Of a stretch of 64,000 nt of DNA, positions 31,309 through 40,685 are shown one piece after another. Made by a program: the position numbers and the translations under genes. Within the stretch, counting starts at the first letter, position 1. Each line of letters starts with the position of its first letter. The stretch lies in NCBI GenBank assembly GCA_044344795.1, contig JBIJCF010000006.1, forward strand, positions 32,245 through 96,244, read 5' to 3'. Below the pieces are notes generated by a model. That model was not told the DNA's origin and searched no databases. It saw only the letters and a program-made list of their open reading frames with translations. The DNA comes from Bacteroidia bacterium. Lineage in GTDB: Bacteria; Bacteroidota; Bacteroidia; Palsa-965.

Positions 31309-32392
31309 AAATGATTTGGTTAAATCGGTTTTCGTCGCTTTCGTCGAATTTGACTTCAATAGGTTGAACTAAAGTGTAGGATTTTATTTTTTCAAATGAA
31401 GTTAGACGTTGTAATCGAACCGCATCTTTTTCTGTTGTGATGATGAATTTTAATGTTGATGATAACGATTCAAATTTACTCAATACTTGTTCGATATCAC
31501 GATCTGTGAATAAATGATGATCGGGAAAAGTAACCGGTTCGTAAACCTTCGCTATAGAACGAATGTAACGTTCCAGACCTGCAGGATTCGCAATTCCGGA
31601 AAGGATGATCACTCCGGCGTCTGATGGAAGTTTTACAATGGAATGATCAACTATGGAGCGCAGTTCGCCAAAATGCAGTTTACTAAAAAACAAGCTCTGA
31701 TTTGTAGTAAGCGCCAGTTCATTGGTAATGGCGATACGTTCATGCGCAGATAATGTTTCCGGGCATTTAGTAACCACCACAACATCTGCACGATTTTTTC
31801 CTGATGACGGTTCACGTAAGCGCCCCGCTGGCAAAACCCAATCTCTGGTGAACAGCTTGTTGTGATCCGTCAATAGAATTTGCAGATGCGGTTGAATTTT
31901 TCGGTGTTGGAATACATCATCCAATACAATTACATCCGTTTTGGGAAACTGCTTCACAATTTCATGAACGCCGTGTACGCGATTCTCATCTACTGCAACT
32001 GCGCAGGATTCGGAAAATTTGAATCGAAATTGTAAAGGTTCATCACCAACCTGATCTGCAGTGTCTTTGGGTGTTACCCGACGAAAGCCTGTGGTGGTTC
32101 TTCCATAGCCACGACTCAGTGTTGCAACCTTGAAATCGTTCTGCAATAATTTTACAATGTATTCTACGTGTGGTGATTTTCCGGTTCCGCCAACGCTTAA
32201 GTTGCCAACGCCTATAAGTTTCGGCGTTTTCAATGACGTTGAAGGAAGAATGTTGGCGTCATACAATTTATTCCTTAGCCACATTACTGCCGCGTAAACA
32301 GCGGAAAAGGGGAGAAGTATAATTTGTATCGGCGACATGGGTAACGAAGATACGGCTTCCATGTAGTTAATCGGAATTACGGGAGCCGACAC
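31286..32392 (-). CDS. lpxK: Tetraacyldisaccharide 4'-kinase.
   Basis: P-loop [13 protein letters not shown] and SRGYGR, as in LpxK VGNLTVGGTGKTP...SRGYG. Confidence 0.9.
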   Translation of the reverse strand: MSAPVIPINYMEAVSSLPMSPIQIILLPFSAVYAAVMWLRNKLYDANILPSTSLKTPKLIGVGNLSVGGTGKSPHVEYIVKLLQNDFKVATLSRGYGRTTTGFRRVTPKDTADQVGDEPLQFRFKFSESCAVAVDENRVHGVHEIVKQFPKTDVIVLDDVFQHRKIQPHLQILLTDHNKLFTRDWVLPAGRLREPSSGKNRADVVVVTKCPETLSAHERIAITNELALTTNQSLFFSKLHFGELRSIVDHSIVKLPSDAGVIILSGIANPAGLERYIRSIAKVYEPVTFPDHHLFTDRDIEQVLSKFESLSSTLKFIITTEKDAVRLQRLTSFEKIKSYTLVQPIEVKFDESDENRFNQIIYDLLRNH

Positions 32393-32444
32393 ATGGATAA
32401 TAATTACTCTTATAGAATTGCTGCATTTACGGTAAATTCGCAGG

Positions 32445-33539
32445 ATGAAAGTTGCTGAAATAGTTGAGTTTCTTGAACAATGGGCACCGCCATCATTTCA
32501 GGAATCCTATGATAATAGTGGATTGCTGGTTGGTGAACGTCACATGGAAGTGAGCGGAATTACGGTTTGTTTGGATGTGACAGAAGCGGTTGTTCATGAT
32601 GCAATTGCTAATTCGTGCAATTTGATTGTTGCACATCACCCGATCATTTTCGGTGGATTGAAAAAATTGACCGGCGCCAATTACGTGGAGCGTACGGTAA
32701 TGCTGGCACTCAGAAGCAACGTCGCGATATATGCGATTCATACCAATCTGGATCATGTTCAATCGGGTGTCAATGCAGAGATCGCAAGTCGTTTGGGATT
32801 GAAGAACGCCCGCATACTTCAACCCTTGAAGGAAACATTGAATAAGCTGATTACGTTCGTGCCTGATTCACATGCAGAGGGTGTGCGAAAGGCCTTGTTT
32901 GCGGCGGGTGCCGGAAACATTGGCGCTTATGACAATTGCAGTTTTAATAGTTCCGGAACAGGAACGTTTCGTGCAGGCGTGGGAACAGATCCTTACGTCG
33001 GTAAGCAAGGGGAAGTTCATTACGAGTCGGAAGTTCGTGTGGAAGTCATAGTGCCTGAACATGTAACAAGCGCGGTTATATCGGCGATGAAAAATGCGCA
33101 TCCTTATGAAGAAGTAGCGTACGATTTAATAAAACTGCAAAACGAACGTGCGGATGTAGGCGCCGGGATGATCGGAACATTGGAGTCGGAACTGTCGTCC
33201 GAGGAATTTTTGGCTTTGGTGAAATCGAGTCTGAAGGTTCCGGTTATTCGCTATACGCCTGTAAATAAGGCGATTAAAAAGGTGGCGGTATGTGGCGGAG
33301 CAGGTAGTTTTTTATTGAAAACGGCCATCCGTGCAGGTGCAGACGCTTTCGTAACAGGAGATTTCAAGTATCACCAGTTTTTTGATGCGGAAGAAAAAAT
33401 TCTCATAGCCGATACGGGACACTTTGAGAATGAACAGTTTACGATCGATCTGATAGCACGTCAACTAAAGGAAAAATTTCCTACCTTTGCCATCCGCAAA
33501 ACGGAAATTAGTACGAATCCAATATTATACTATACATGA
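32445..33539 (+). CDS. Nif3-like dinuclear metal-centre protein (YqfO/YbgI family, GTP cyclohydrolase 1 type 2 homologue).
   Basis: The N- and C-terminal Nif3 halves with His-rich metal ligands (VAHHPIIF...HTNLDH...DTGHFENE) surround an inserted PII-like domain. Confidence 0.85.
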   Translation: MKVAEIVEFLEQWAPPSFQESYDNSGLLVGERHMEVSGITVCLDVTEAVVHDAIANSCNLIVAHHPIIFGGLKKLTGANYVERTVMLALRSNVAIYAIHTNLDHVQSGVNAEIASRLGLKNARILQPLKETLNKLITFVPDSHAEGVRKALFAAGAGNIGAYDNCSFNSSGTGTFRAGVGTDPYVGKQGEVHYESEVRVEVIVPEHVTSAVISAMKNAHPYEEVAYDLIKLQNERADVGAGMIGTLESELSSEEFLALVKSSLKVPVIRYTPVNKAIKKVAVCGGAGSFLLKTAIRAGADAFVTGDFKYHQFFDAEEKILIADTGHFENEQFTIDLIARQLKEKFPTFAIRKTEISTNPILYYT

Positions 33540-34351
33540 CAACCAAAGCGAAAAAAGCCGACGAAAAATCGGAAATCCCTGTAGAAGAGAAGCTTCGTGC
33601 TCTTTATGAGTTACAGCAGATTGATGCTCAAATCGATCGTATTCGTACAGTGCGTGGTGAACTTCCTCTTGAGGTTCGTGATCTGGAAGACGAAGTGGCC
33701 GGGTTGGAAACTCGTGTCAACAATTTGACTCAGGAAATGCAGAACTTGGAGGACATGATCAACGAGAAGAAGAACGTGATCAAAGATGCTCAGTCGCAGA
33801 TTAAAAAATATGAGACGCAGCAAGGCAAAGTGCGTAACAACCGTGAGTTCGATTCTTTAAGCAAGGAAATTGAATTCCAAGGTTTGGAAATGCAGTTGGC
33901 TGAGAAGCGCATCAAAGAAGCAAAAGCACAAATTGCTGCAAAGCAGGAAGTGATTGATGCTGCACAAGCTACTTTGGACGAGCGTCGCGGTGATTTGAAA
34001 TTGAAGAAAGAAGAATTGGAAGATATCGTTTCTGAAACTCGTAAAGAGGAAGAAGAATTGTTGGGCCGTTCTTCATTAGCAGAAGCTAAAATTGAAGATC
34101 GTTTGTTGAATGCTTACAAGCGTATTCGTCAGAACGTGCGCAATGGCTTAGGTGTGGTTGGTGTACAGCGTGACGCTTGCGGTGGTTGCTTTAACAAAAT
34201 TCCACCACAACGCCAGTTGGATATTCGTACGCACAAGAAAATTATTGTTTGCGAACATTGCGGTCGCATTCTGGTTGATGCCGATTATTTGATGGGCACC
34301 GTTCCGGAAGTTCCTGTAGCAGCAGTTCCTGCGAAGAAGGGAAAGAAGTAA
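33536..34351 (+). CDS. C4-type zinc-ribbon coiled-coil protein (DUF164/COG1579), the conserved partner of Nif3.
   Basis: Long coiled coil followed by a C-x2-C...C-x2-C zinc ribbon (CGGCFNKIP...CEHCGRIL). Its start overlaps the Nif3 stop (ATGA). Confidence 0.7.
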   Translation: MTTKAKKADEKSEIPVEEKLRALYELQQIDAQIDRIRTVRGELPLEVRDLEDEVAGLETRVNNLTQEMQNLEDMINEKKNVIKDAQSQIKKYETQQGKVRNNREFDSLSKEIEFQGLEMQLAEKRIKEAKAQIAAKQEVIDAAQATLDERRGDLKLKKEELEDIVSETRKEEEELLGRSSLAEAKIEDRLLNAYKRIRQNVRNGLGVVGVQRDACGGCFNKIPPQRQLDIRTHKKIIVCEHCGRILVDADYLMGTVPEVPVAAVPAKKGKK

Positions 34352-34370
34352 ATCTTTCTGAATAGCATAA

Positions 34371-34410
34371 AAGAAGCCCGCATCATTGATGCGGGCTTCT
34401 TTGTTTATTA
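34371..34410. terminator. Strong bidirectional rho-independent terminator between convergent genes.
   Basis: Perfect 14-bp stem AAGAAGCCCGCATC / GATGCGGGCTTCTT with loop ATT, flanked by AAAAG on the 5' side and TTTGTTTATT on the 3' side. Confidence 0.8.
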
Positions 34411-34436
34411 AGCTTTTGAAGTAATACCGAAGTTTC

Positions 34437-35903
34437 TTAATACTTAAATCCAACCGTCACCACTACGTTCGCCATATTCCATTTGTTGAGTACCGGATTA
34501 ACCAGACTTTGATCATAGAAGAAATAATTTTCTTTGGAGTTCATAGTCACAATAGCAAAGTCTACAAAGAAGGATTCTTCCGCATTGCGATATCCAGCGC
34601 CGGTGGTGATGTAACGTCGAGACGCATCGTTGTTTACCTCGTCTACATATGGACTTCCATAATACGCAAAACCTCCACGCACATAGAAAGGTAGCAAGCG
34701 TAATTCACCTCCGATACGCAGATTGCCGGTATTCTTATATTTCTCACGCACCGCTTTATTCTCTTCCAGATAACCGTAGTCTTGCGCCTTTAATCGAGCG
34801 CTACTGTAGTCTAACATTTCGTAATCGACATTAATCAATCCGATTTTTCCAAAAATAAACGCCACACTTCCGGTCATTCTTAACGGTGTACGTACAGAAT
34901 AGTTGAATGTTCCTTCGGGTGAAAAATCTTTGCGTACTACACCACCCAGTACGCTAGTCATGCTGGTTTGATAGACTTCGGTTAACTTATAGTTGGTTGG
35001 TGTTTGTACACTGAAACCGATGCGCAACAAATCGATAGGTCGATAAATAAAGCCGGCTTTGAAGTTGAAACCACGTCCTTCTACCTCTATACTTTCATCA
35101 AATAATAAATAATCGAAAGTGGAGGTACTATCAATTACTTCTTCTTCCGAATATTGTCCGCTTTGTTCGTAACGCACATTGGCAATTCCTACTGTTGCAC
35201 CGATATACAATTTGTTTCCATAGTTAGCACCGACACCAAATGTCCATTCGCTCATGCCACCGCGGGTTTCCAGAAATTTTTCCTGATACAATAAATCGCC
35301 TGCGGGAATGGTGTCGACGTATTGTGTGGTATCACCGGGAACATGATTGAGGAGCCACGTATTCCACGCCAATAATTCGTAAAAACTATTTAATTGATAA
35401 GGCCCCGAACCCGATGCTGTACGCTTCCAGTGATCCATCATGGATGTGGTATCGTTTCCGCCCATCCATTGGTTGGATTGAAATGTATTGATGCGATTGT
35501 AAGCCAATCCGAATGTGAACGATTGCCAACCGTCTTGCGTCTTGTTCTCAGCCGGTGAGTTGAATACAAAACCGAAATTGTCCACTTTAAAATTGAAGCG
35601 TACATCTTCGTTTTCGCTTCCATTGTACATGGAGTTCACACGTACATTTTGAAATGATGGTGAGAATACCAATTCGTTTTTACGGAACATTCCTAATCCA
35701 CCGGGATTAGCAGACATCATGGAAATGTCTGCACCCACAGCCCCGAAAGAACCGGCCATGCCCATGAAGCGTGCAGTTCCACCGAACTGTGTACGCGAAT
35801 AGCGCAACACGTCCATTTCATTCTGTCCGGCTAATGCTAATGAGAAAGAAAGCCCTGTTATGCACAGGGCTGTTCTATATAAGTTCTTAAACATAAACTT
35901 CAA
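34437..35903 (-). CDS. Outer-membrane beta-barrel channel of the FadL/TodX/OMPP1-like family.
   Basis: Signal peptide. FadL-family N-terminal block ARFMGMAGSFGAVGADISMMSANPGGLG (compare GMGGAF.AVADDASA...NPAGL). Terminal aromatic residue (VGFKY). Confidence 0.55.
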   Translation of the reverse strand: MKFMFKNLYRTALCITGLSFSLALAGQNEMDVLRYSRTQFGGTARFMGMAGSFGAVGADISMMSANPGGLGMFRKNELVFSPSFQNVRVNSMYNGSENEDVRFNFKVDNFGFVFNSPAENKTQDGWQSFTFGLAYNRINTFQSNQWMGGNDTTSMMDHWKRTASGSGPYQLNSFYELLAWNTWLLNHVPGDTTQYVDTIPAGDLLYQEKFLETRGGMSEWTFGVGANYGNKLYIGATVGIANVRYEQSGQYSEEEVIDSTSTFDYLLFDESIEVEGRGFNFKAGFIYRPIDLLRIGFSVQTPTNYKLTEVYQTSMTSVLGGVVRKDFSPEGTFNYSVRTPLRMTGSVAFIFGKIGLINVDYEMLDYSSARLKAQDYGYLEENKAVREKYKNTGNLRIGGELRLLPFYVRGGFAYYGSPYVDEVNNDASRRYITTGAGYRNAEESFFVDFAIVTMNSKENYFFYDQSLVNPVLNKWNMANVVVTVGFKY

Positions 35904-37208
35904 TTATCGTGGACGACTTGCCGGTGTTGAGCTTCCACCACCTCTGCTGTTGCCGCCTGACGAAGACGGAGAAGAAGAAGGGAATGAAGATCCACCACTA
36001 TTATCACTCATGCGAGGACGGCTTTCGCGCGGAGGCTCGCTGCTGCGTGGTGTTTCCGGACGACCTTGAGTTGGCGCCGGCTGCACGTTTGGTGATGACG
36101 GACGATCAAAGTTCGGTTGAGCAGGAGTTGGCGAAGCCGGATTAACCTGCACCGGACGTGAGGTGTTCGTTGGACCGTTAACTGCCGGAGGAGGAGGAAC
36201 TGCGCCTCGACCATCAACTTGTTGCCCCGAATTGTAAGGATTAGCCGGTAAGTTTGTTCCGTTATCAACAGGACGTCCTGCCGGAGCAGTGCTTGATGCA
36301 GGCAACGAGTTCACCACCGCACGATTAACATCTTCGTTAGTCGGACGCTCCAATTGATTTTCTGCAACAACAGAATTCACAAAACGCTCACCGAATGTAG
36401 AACCACCCATGTTGGCTGTACGACCATCATTGCTTCCCGGAGCAGTACGCGGACCATAGAAGAAACTGTTGTTATCAAAACTGTTGAAGTAGTTATTACC
36501 CCAACCGTTATTGCCCCAACCGCTTCCCCAGCCGCCGTTGCCCCAACCGTTACCCATCATCCAATTGTAACCGGGACCGTACCAACCGCCACCCCAGTAT
36601 GGGTTATAAGCATAGTAAGGATTGTATCCCCAACTGTTGTATCCCCAACCGTTATTCATCCAAGGATCGTTCCAACCCCACATGTTATTCGGTTGTCCCC
36701 AACCGGTACCCCAGCCCCAACCATTGTTCCAATACATATACGATTGCGGACAATTGTAGTACATAAATGAAGACGGACCCCAGAAACCGTAACTGTTATA
36801 GACACTAGTTCCGAAATACATCGGATTGTTGTTGTAGAAATACGCATTCGTGTAATAGTTGTCGTAGTAATTACCGCTCATCGGGTTGTTAAAACGACGC
36901 AAACGCGCTGCATATTCGTAATCGTAGTAGTCGTCGTAGTCGAATTCTTCGTTGTAATAATCAGAACCCTGAGAACTCATCTTCTGAAGATTCTCTTGCT
37001 CCTGACGCTTGCGCTCTTCTTCCTGACGACGTTTGTCATCATCTTCTTTACGCTTCTGCTCGGCACGCCAATCCTTTTTGGCGTCTTTCAGGGAGTAATA
37101 CACATCATCCCCGTTATCCTGTTTGGATAAACTACCGTTCATCTTGCACGAACTGAAAGCACCTGCAAGTACAACAGCTATTCCGAATAGTAACCATTTG
37201 TTTTTCAT
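35904..37208 (-). CDS. Low-complexity, predicted intrinsically disordered lipoprotein. It has a charged KRED segment, an acidic-aromatic (Y/D/E) segment, a W/G/N/Y-rich segment, then a Pro/Ser-rich tail.
   Basis: Signal peptide with Cys (LAGAFSSCK). Compositional segments include EQKRKEDDDKRRQEEERKRQEQE, YDDYYDYEY, and GWGNGGWGSGWGNNGWGNN with many GW/WG/YN repeats. The Pro-rich C-terminus is PAPTQGRPETPRSSEPPRESRPR. It directly abuts the FadL-like gene with a 0-nt gap. Confidence 0.6.
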   Translation of the reverse strand: MKNKWLLFGIAVVLAGAFSSCKMNGSLSKQDNGDDVYYSLKDAKKDWRAEQKRKEDDDKRRQEEERKRQEQENLQKMSSQGSDYYNEEFDYDDYYDYEYAARLRRFNNPMSGNYYDNYYTNAYFYNNNPMYFGTSVYNSYGFWGPSSFMYYNCPQSYMYWNNGWGWGTGWGQPNNMWGWNDPWMNNGWGYNSWGYNPYYAYNPYWGGGWYGPGYNWMMGNGWGNGGWGSGWGNNGWGNNYFNSFDNNSFFYGPRTAPGSNDGRTANMGGSTFGERFVNSVVAENQLERPTNEDVNRAVVNSLPASSTAPAGRPVDNGTNLPANPYNSGQQVDGRGAVPPPPAVNGPTNTSRPVQVNPASPTPAQPNFDRPSSPNVQPAPTQGRPETPRSSEPPRESRPRMSDNSGGSSFPSSSPSSSGGNSRGGGSSTPASRPR

Positions 37209-37330
37209 GGTTGATCGAATTTAATGTTCAACATACGACAGGGTTTCATTAATCGGGGATGATTTATGTTATTTTTGCCCCTGTCTTTGCTAGTAAAGTT
37301 ACAAAAATCATTCCAAAATAGATTGTTAAA

Positions 37331-38812
37331 ATGTCTAAAGTTGTTACCTCCAGAAATGATGATTATAGCCAATGGTATCAGGATATTGTAACCAAAGCTG
37401 ATCTCGCGGATCACTCTGCGGTTCGCGGATGTATGGTTATTAAGCCCCACGGATACGCCATTTGGGAAAAAATGCAGCAAGCGCTGGATAGTATGTTTAA
37501 GGAAACGGGACACGTCAATGCGTATTTTCCGTTGTTCATTCCGAAATCTTTTTTGTCCAAAGAGGCGAAGCACGTCGATGGTTTTGCGCAGGAATGCGCT
37601 ATTGTAACGCACCATCGATTGAAGACGGTTGGTGACACTCCGGAAACACGTCAGGTGGTAGTAGATGAAACTGCAAAGCTCGAAGAAGAACTTATTGTTC
37701 GTCCGACATCCGAAACAATTATATGGAATACGTATCGGGATTGGATTAAGTCGCACCGTGATTTACCATTATTGATCAATCAATGGGCAAACGTAGTGCG
37801 TTGGGAAATGCGTACACGATTGTTTTTGCGTACCGCAGAATTTTTGTGGCAAGAAGGTCATACAGCTCACGCAACAAAACAAGAAGCAATTGAAGAAACC
37901 GAGCGCATGTTGGAAGTGTATGCGCGCTTCGCGGAGGATTATATGGCGATGCCCGTTATCAAGGGAATTAAGTCAGAGAATGAACGTTTTGCGGGAGCAG
38001 AAGAAACCTACTGTATTGAAGCAATGATGCAGGATGGAAAGGCACTGCAGGCAGGAACATCACATTTTTTAGGACAGAATTTTGCGAAAGCTTTTGAAGT
38101 GAAGTTTGCGAATAAAGAGAATAAGCTGGAATATGTATGGGCAACATCGTGGGGCGTTTCTACACGATTGGTGGGTGCGTTGATCATGACACATTCTGAT
38201 GATAATGGATTGGTAATTCCTCCGAAGTTGGCTCCTGTTCACGTTGTTATAGTTCCGATTTACAAGACTGAAGAAGAATTGAGCAAGATAGAAGTGTTAG
38301 CGAAACAATTGACGACTGAATTAAAAACAAAAAACATTGTTGTTCGTTTTGATCACAGAGATACGTTACGTCCCGGATTTAAATTTGCTGAGCATGAATT
38401 GCGTGGAGTTCCTGTGCGTTTAGGAATTGGCCCAAAGGATATGGAAAATGGCACTGTTGAAATGGCACGACGCGATACGTTAACGAAAGAAGTGGTTTCG
38501 ATGGATGGTCTTGCAGAAAGAATTATAACTGTGCTGGATGACATTCAATCATCGATGTATAATCGTGCGTTGAAGTTGCGTGAATCCATGACGCATCATG
38601 TGAATACCTGGGAAGAATTTGAGAAAGCGTTGGATGCAGGCGGATTTGTTTATGCGCATTGGGATGGCACTTCCGAGACGGAAAAGAAAATTAAAGATCG
38701 AACAAAAGCGACGATTCGTTGTATTCCTTTGGATAGTGTTGCTGAAGATGGCAAATGTATCCTTACGGGAGCACCGTCATCACGTCGTGTGCTCTTTGCA
38801 AGAGCATATTAA
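37331..38812 (+). CDS. proS: Prolyl-tRNA synthetase (archaeal/eukaryotic-type class II).
   Basis: 493 aa. Class II motifs and a C-terminal zinc-binding-like domain. Its architecture lacks the bacterial INS editing insertion. Confidence 0.95.
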   Translation: MSKVVTSRNDDYSQWYQDIVTKADLADHSAVRGCMVIKPHGYAIWEKMQQALDSMFKETGHVNAYFPLFIPKSFLSKEAKHVDGFAQECAIVTHHRLKTVGDTPETRQVVVDETAKLEEELIVRPTSETIIWNTYRDWIKSHRDLPLLINQWANVVRWEMRTRLFLRTAEFLWQEGHTAHATKQEAIEETERMLEVYARFAEDYMAMPVIKGIKSENERFAGAEETYCIEAMMQDGKALQAGTSHFLGQNFAKAFEVKFANKENKLEYVWATSWGVSTRLVGALIMTHSDDNGLVIPPKLAPVHVVIVPIYKTEEELSKIEVLAKQLTTELKTKNIVVRFDHRDTLRPGFKFAEHELRGVPVRLGIGPKDMENGTVEMARRDTLTKEVVSMDGLAERIITVLDDIQSSMYNRALKLRESMTHHVNTWEEFEKALDAGGFVYAHWDGTSETEKKIKDRTKATIRCIPLDSVAEDGKCILTGAPSSRRVLFARAY

Positions 38813-38833
38813 TTTCTTGGTTAAATTGGCATT

Positions 38834-39520
38834 ATGAATCAACCTGCAAAAGAGATTATTTCCGGACTGCTTTACGAAAAGTCGAAGTTAAAACAGGATA
38901 TTTTTTATCTGACGATCGATGTTTTCAAACAATTGAAAGAAGTAGTACGTGAAAGTGTTGCAGAGTTGAAGCCATTAGCACAAAACATTGATAAGCGCAT
39001 CATTATTGATTATAAGGATAAAAGTGAACACGAGATCGAATTGCGCGTCGCAGGTGATGTAATGATTTTTTCCATGCACACGAATGTTTTTGAGTTTGAT
39101 CAGAATCATCCTATGTGGAGAACATCATACATCAAACAAGATCACAAGCGCTCGTATTGTGGGATGATCATGGTGTATAATTTTCTTGCGGATACTTTTA
39201 AGTATAATCGCATGAATGATGTGGGCTATTTGGTGAGTCGATTATTCGTCAATCATGAGCGTCACTATTTCGCGGAGGGAAAACGTCAATTGGGATTGCT
39301 GTTTAACAACTTTGCGTCCTCTGAAATCAGTAAGGAGGAATTGAAAAAGTTTGTTGAAGCTACAGTTATATATTGTCTTGATTTTGATTTGTTCACACCT
39401 CCGTTTGATGATGTGAAAATGGTTTCCTTCGCCCAGATTCAAGAAGAAAGCTCGATGATGTCGCTAAAAACCGGCAAACGTTTAGGGTTTAGATTCCAAG
39501 CTGATACTGATTTGGATTAG
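38834..39520 (+). CDS. Hypothetical cytoplasmic protein (228 aa).
   Basis: No signal peptide and no recognisable motif. Coding composition is normal. Confidence 0.5.
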   Translation: MNQPAKEIISGLLYEKSKLKQDIFYLTIDVFKQLKEVVRESVAELKPLAQNIDKRIIIDYKDKSEHEIELRVAGDVMIFSMHTNVFEFDQNHPMWRTSYIKQDHKRSYCGMIMVYNFLADTFKYNRMNDVGYLVSRLFVNHERHYFAEGKRQLGLLFNNFASSEISKEELKKFVEATVIYCLDFDLFTPPFDDVKMVSFAQIQEESSMMSLKTGKRLGFRFQADTDLD

Positions 39521-39717
39521 TTAATTGTGGCCAATATCATCCGCCGTTCAGCTATATTGTCGTAGCTGTTGTTCAGATCAACGGTCAGGTGGTTCACACG
39601 ATTCAGGCAAATGGTGTTAATCGTTTGGATATTCCAACACACGATTTAAGTGCGGGAATTTATTTTGTAAATATTACTTCTAATGGTGAAACCCGCAGCG
39701 TACGCGTTGTGAAGTAA
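39511..39717 (+). pseudogene. Orphan T9SS C-terminal sorting-domain remnant (about 68 codons) with no start codon or signal peptide.
   Basis: The frame (coordinate ≡1 mod 3) is open from the stop at 39508. It translates to ...VNGQVVHTIQANGVNRLDIPTHDLSAGIYFVNITSNGETRSVRVVK*, a textbook Por_Secre_tail. There is no ATG. The upstream 228-aa ORF is in another frame and lacks a signal peptide. The remnant is followed by its own terminator. Confidence 0.55.
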
Positions 39718-39737
39718 TTGATAGAAGTTACATTGTA

Positions 39738-39770
39738 AAGGGCTGGAATCGTTTGATTTCAGCCCTTTTT
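39738..39770 (+). terminator. Rho-independent terminator following the CTD remnant.
   Basis: Stem AGGGCTG / CAGCCCT (7 bp, 39739-39745 / 39760-39766) with a 14-nt loop, then TTTT. Confidence 0.55.
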
Positions 39771-39870
39771 AGTTTTGAAAAATTACCGTCTAACGCTCGA
39801 ATTGCGTATCGCAAATGCAGCATAAAAAAAGCGAGTAGATCGCTCTCGCTCTCACACTCGCTCTGTTTTG

Positions 39871-39942
39871 TAGCCCGTAGGGGAATCGAACCCCTGTTTA
39901 CAGAATGAAAATCTGCTGTCCTAACCCCTAGACGAACGGGCC
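39871..39942 (-). tRNA. tRNA-Glu (anticodon UUC).
   Basis: The reverse complement reads GGCCCGT-TC-GTCT-AGGGGTTA-GGAC-A-GCAGA-TTTTCAT-TCTGT-AAAC-AGGGG-TTCGATT-CCCCT-ACGGGCT-A. It has a cloverleaf with a G1·U72 wobble, U33, anticodon TTC, A37 and a TTCGATT T-loop. CCA is not encoded. Confidence 0.85.
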
Positions 39943-40040
39943 ATTTAGGGACTAATTTTTTTCAAATCAGCGTGCAAATGTACACGCTTTTCCCTAATCT
40001 ACAAAAAAATCTTGAAAAACGCTTACATTCCTATTTCTGA

Positions 40041-40685
40041 CTAGTCTTCGTCTTCGAAATGATCGTAACGATAAATCGGATCTATTTCGGCTCCGGGTTT
40101 GATATTGATGAGCTCTTTAATTAAACCGTCGTCTAATCCGAAGACCCAACCGTGCAGTTCCGGACTTTGACGACGCTTCCATGATTTTTGGATGATGGTA
40201 GTTTTTGACAAATTTTGGAGTTGCTCAATAACGTTGAATTCCACTAGTTTATTTACGCGATCCTCTTCATTTTTTATCGCGTTCACATCTTCACGATGTA
40301 AACGGTACACATCTTTAATATTGCGAAGCCATTTATTAATCAATCCAAAACTGTCATTGGACATTGCGGCTTTCACACCACCGCAACCATAATGTCCGCA
40401 AACGATTACGTGGTCAACCTTTAAAACTTCTACAGCATATTGTAATGCCGATAGCATATTAAGATCTGTGTTGACTACCAAATTCGCTACGTTACGATGA
40501 ATGAAGATTTCTCCGGGTTTAGTACCCGTAATTTCGTTGGGAGGTACCCGTGAATCAGCGCAACCGATCCACAGAAATTTAGGAGTTTGCACACGAGCCA
40601 GTTTGTTGAAATATTCGGGATCCTGCTCCAGACGCTCCTGCGACCAGCTTTTGTTTTCAAGTAGTAGTCGATTATAGTCGTTCAT
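40041..40685 (-). CDS. Beta-class carbonic anhydrase.
   Basis: Zinc-ligand motifs CADSRVPP and HYGCGG. 214 aa. Confidence 0.9.
   Translation of the reverse strand: MNDYNRLLLENKSWSQERLEQDPEYFNKLARVQTPKFLWIGCADSRVPPNEITGTKPGEIFIHRNVANLVVNTDLNMLSALQYAVEVLKVDHVIVCGHYGCGGVKAAMSNDSFGLINKWLRNIKDVYRLHREDVNAIKNEEDRVNKLVEFNVIEQLQNLSKTTIIQKSWKRRQSPELHGWVFGLDDGLIKELINIKPGAEIDPIYRYDHFEDED

Noticed and set aside
31309-31359. Longer ORF-track start for the purine-nucleoside phosphorylase gene at 31359.
   Set aside because: The extra 17 codons overlap the lpxK 3' end and are not present in PunA homologues. The internal Met (31308) aligns with the PunA N-terminus.
36354-36770. Plus-strand 138-aa Pro/Thr/Val-rich ORF.
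   Set aside because: It is antisense to the W/G/N-rich low-complexity lipoprotein gene. It is an artefact of repetitive CCAACC-type codon usage on the opposite strand.
39943-40040. Hairpin AGCGTG-N8-CACGCT followed by TTT between tRNA-Glu and the carbonic anhydrase gene.
   Set aside because: It is oriented as a plus-strand terminator but no plus-strand gene ends there. On the minus strand it is followed by an A-rich run. It is more likely part of the tRNA promoter region, so it is not called.
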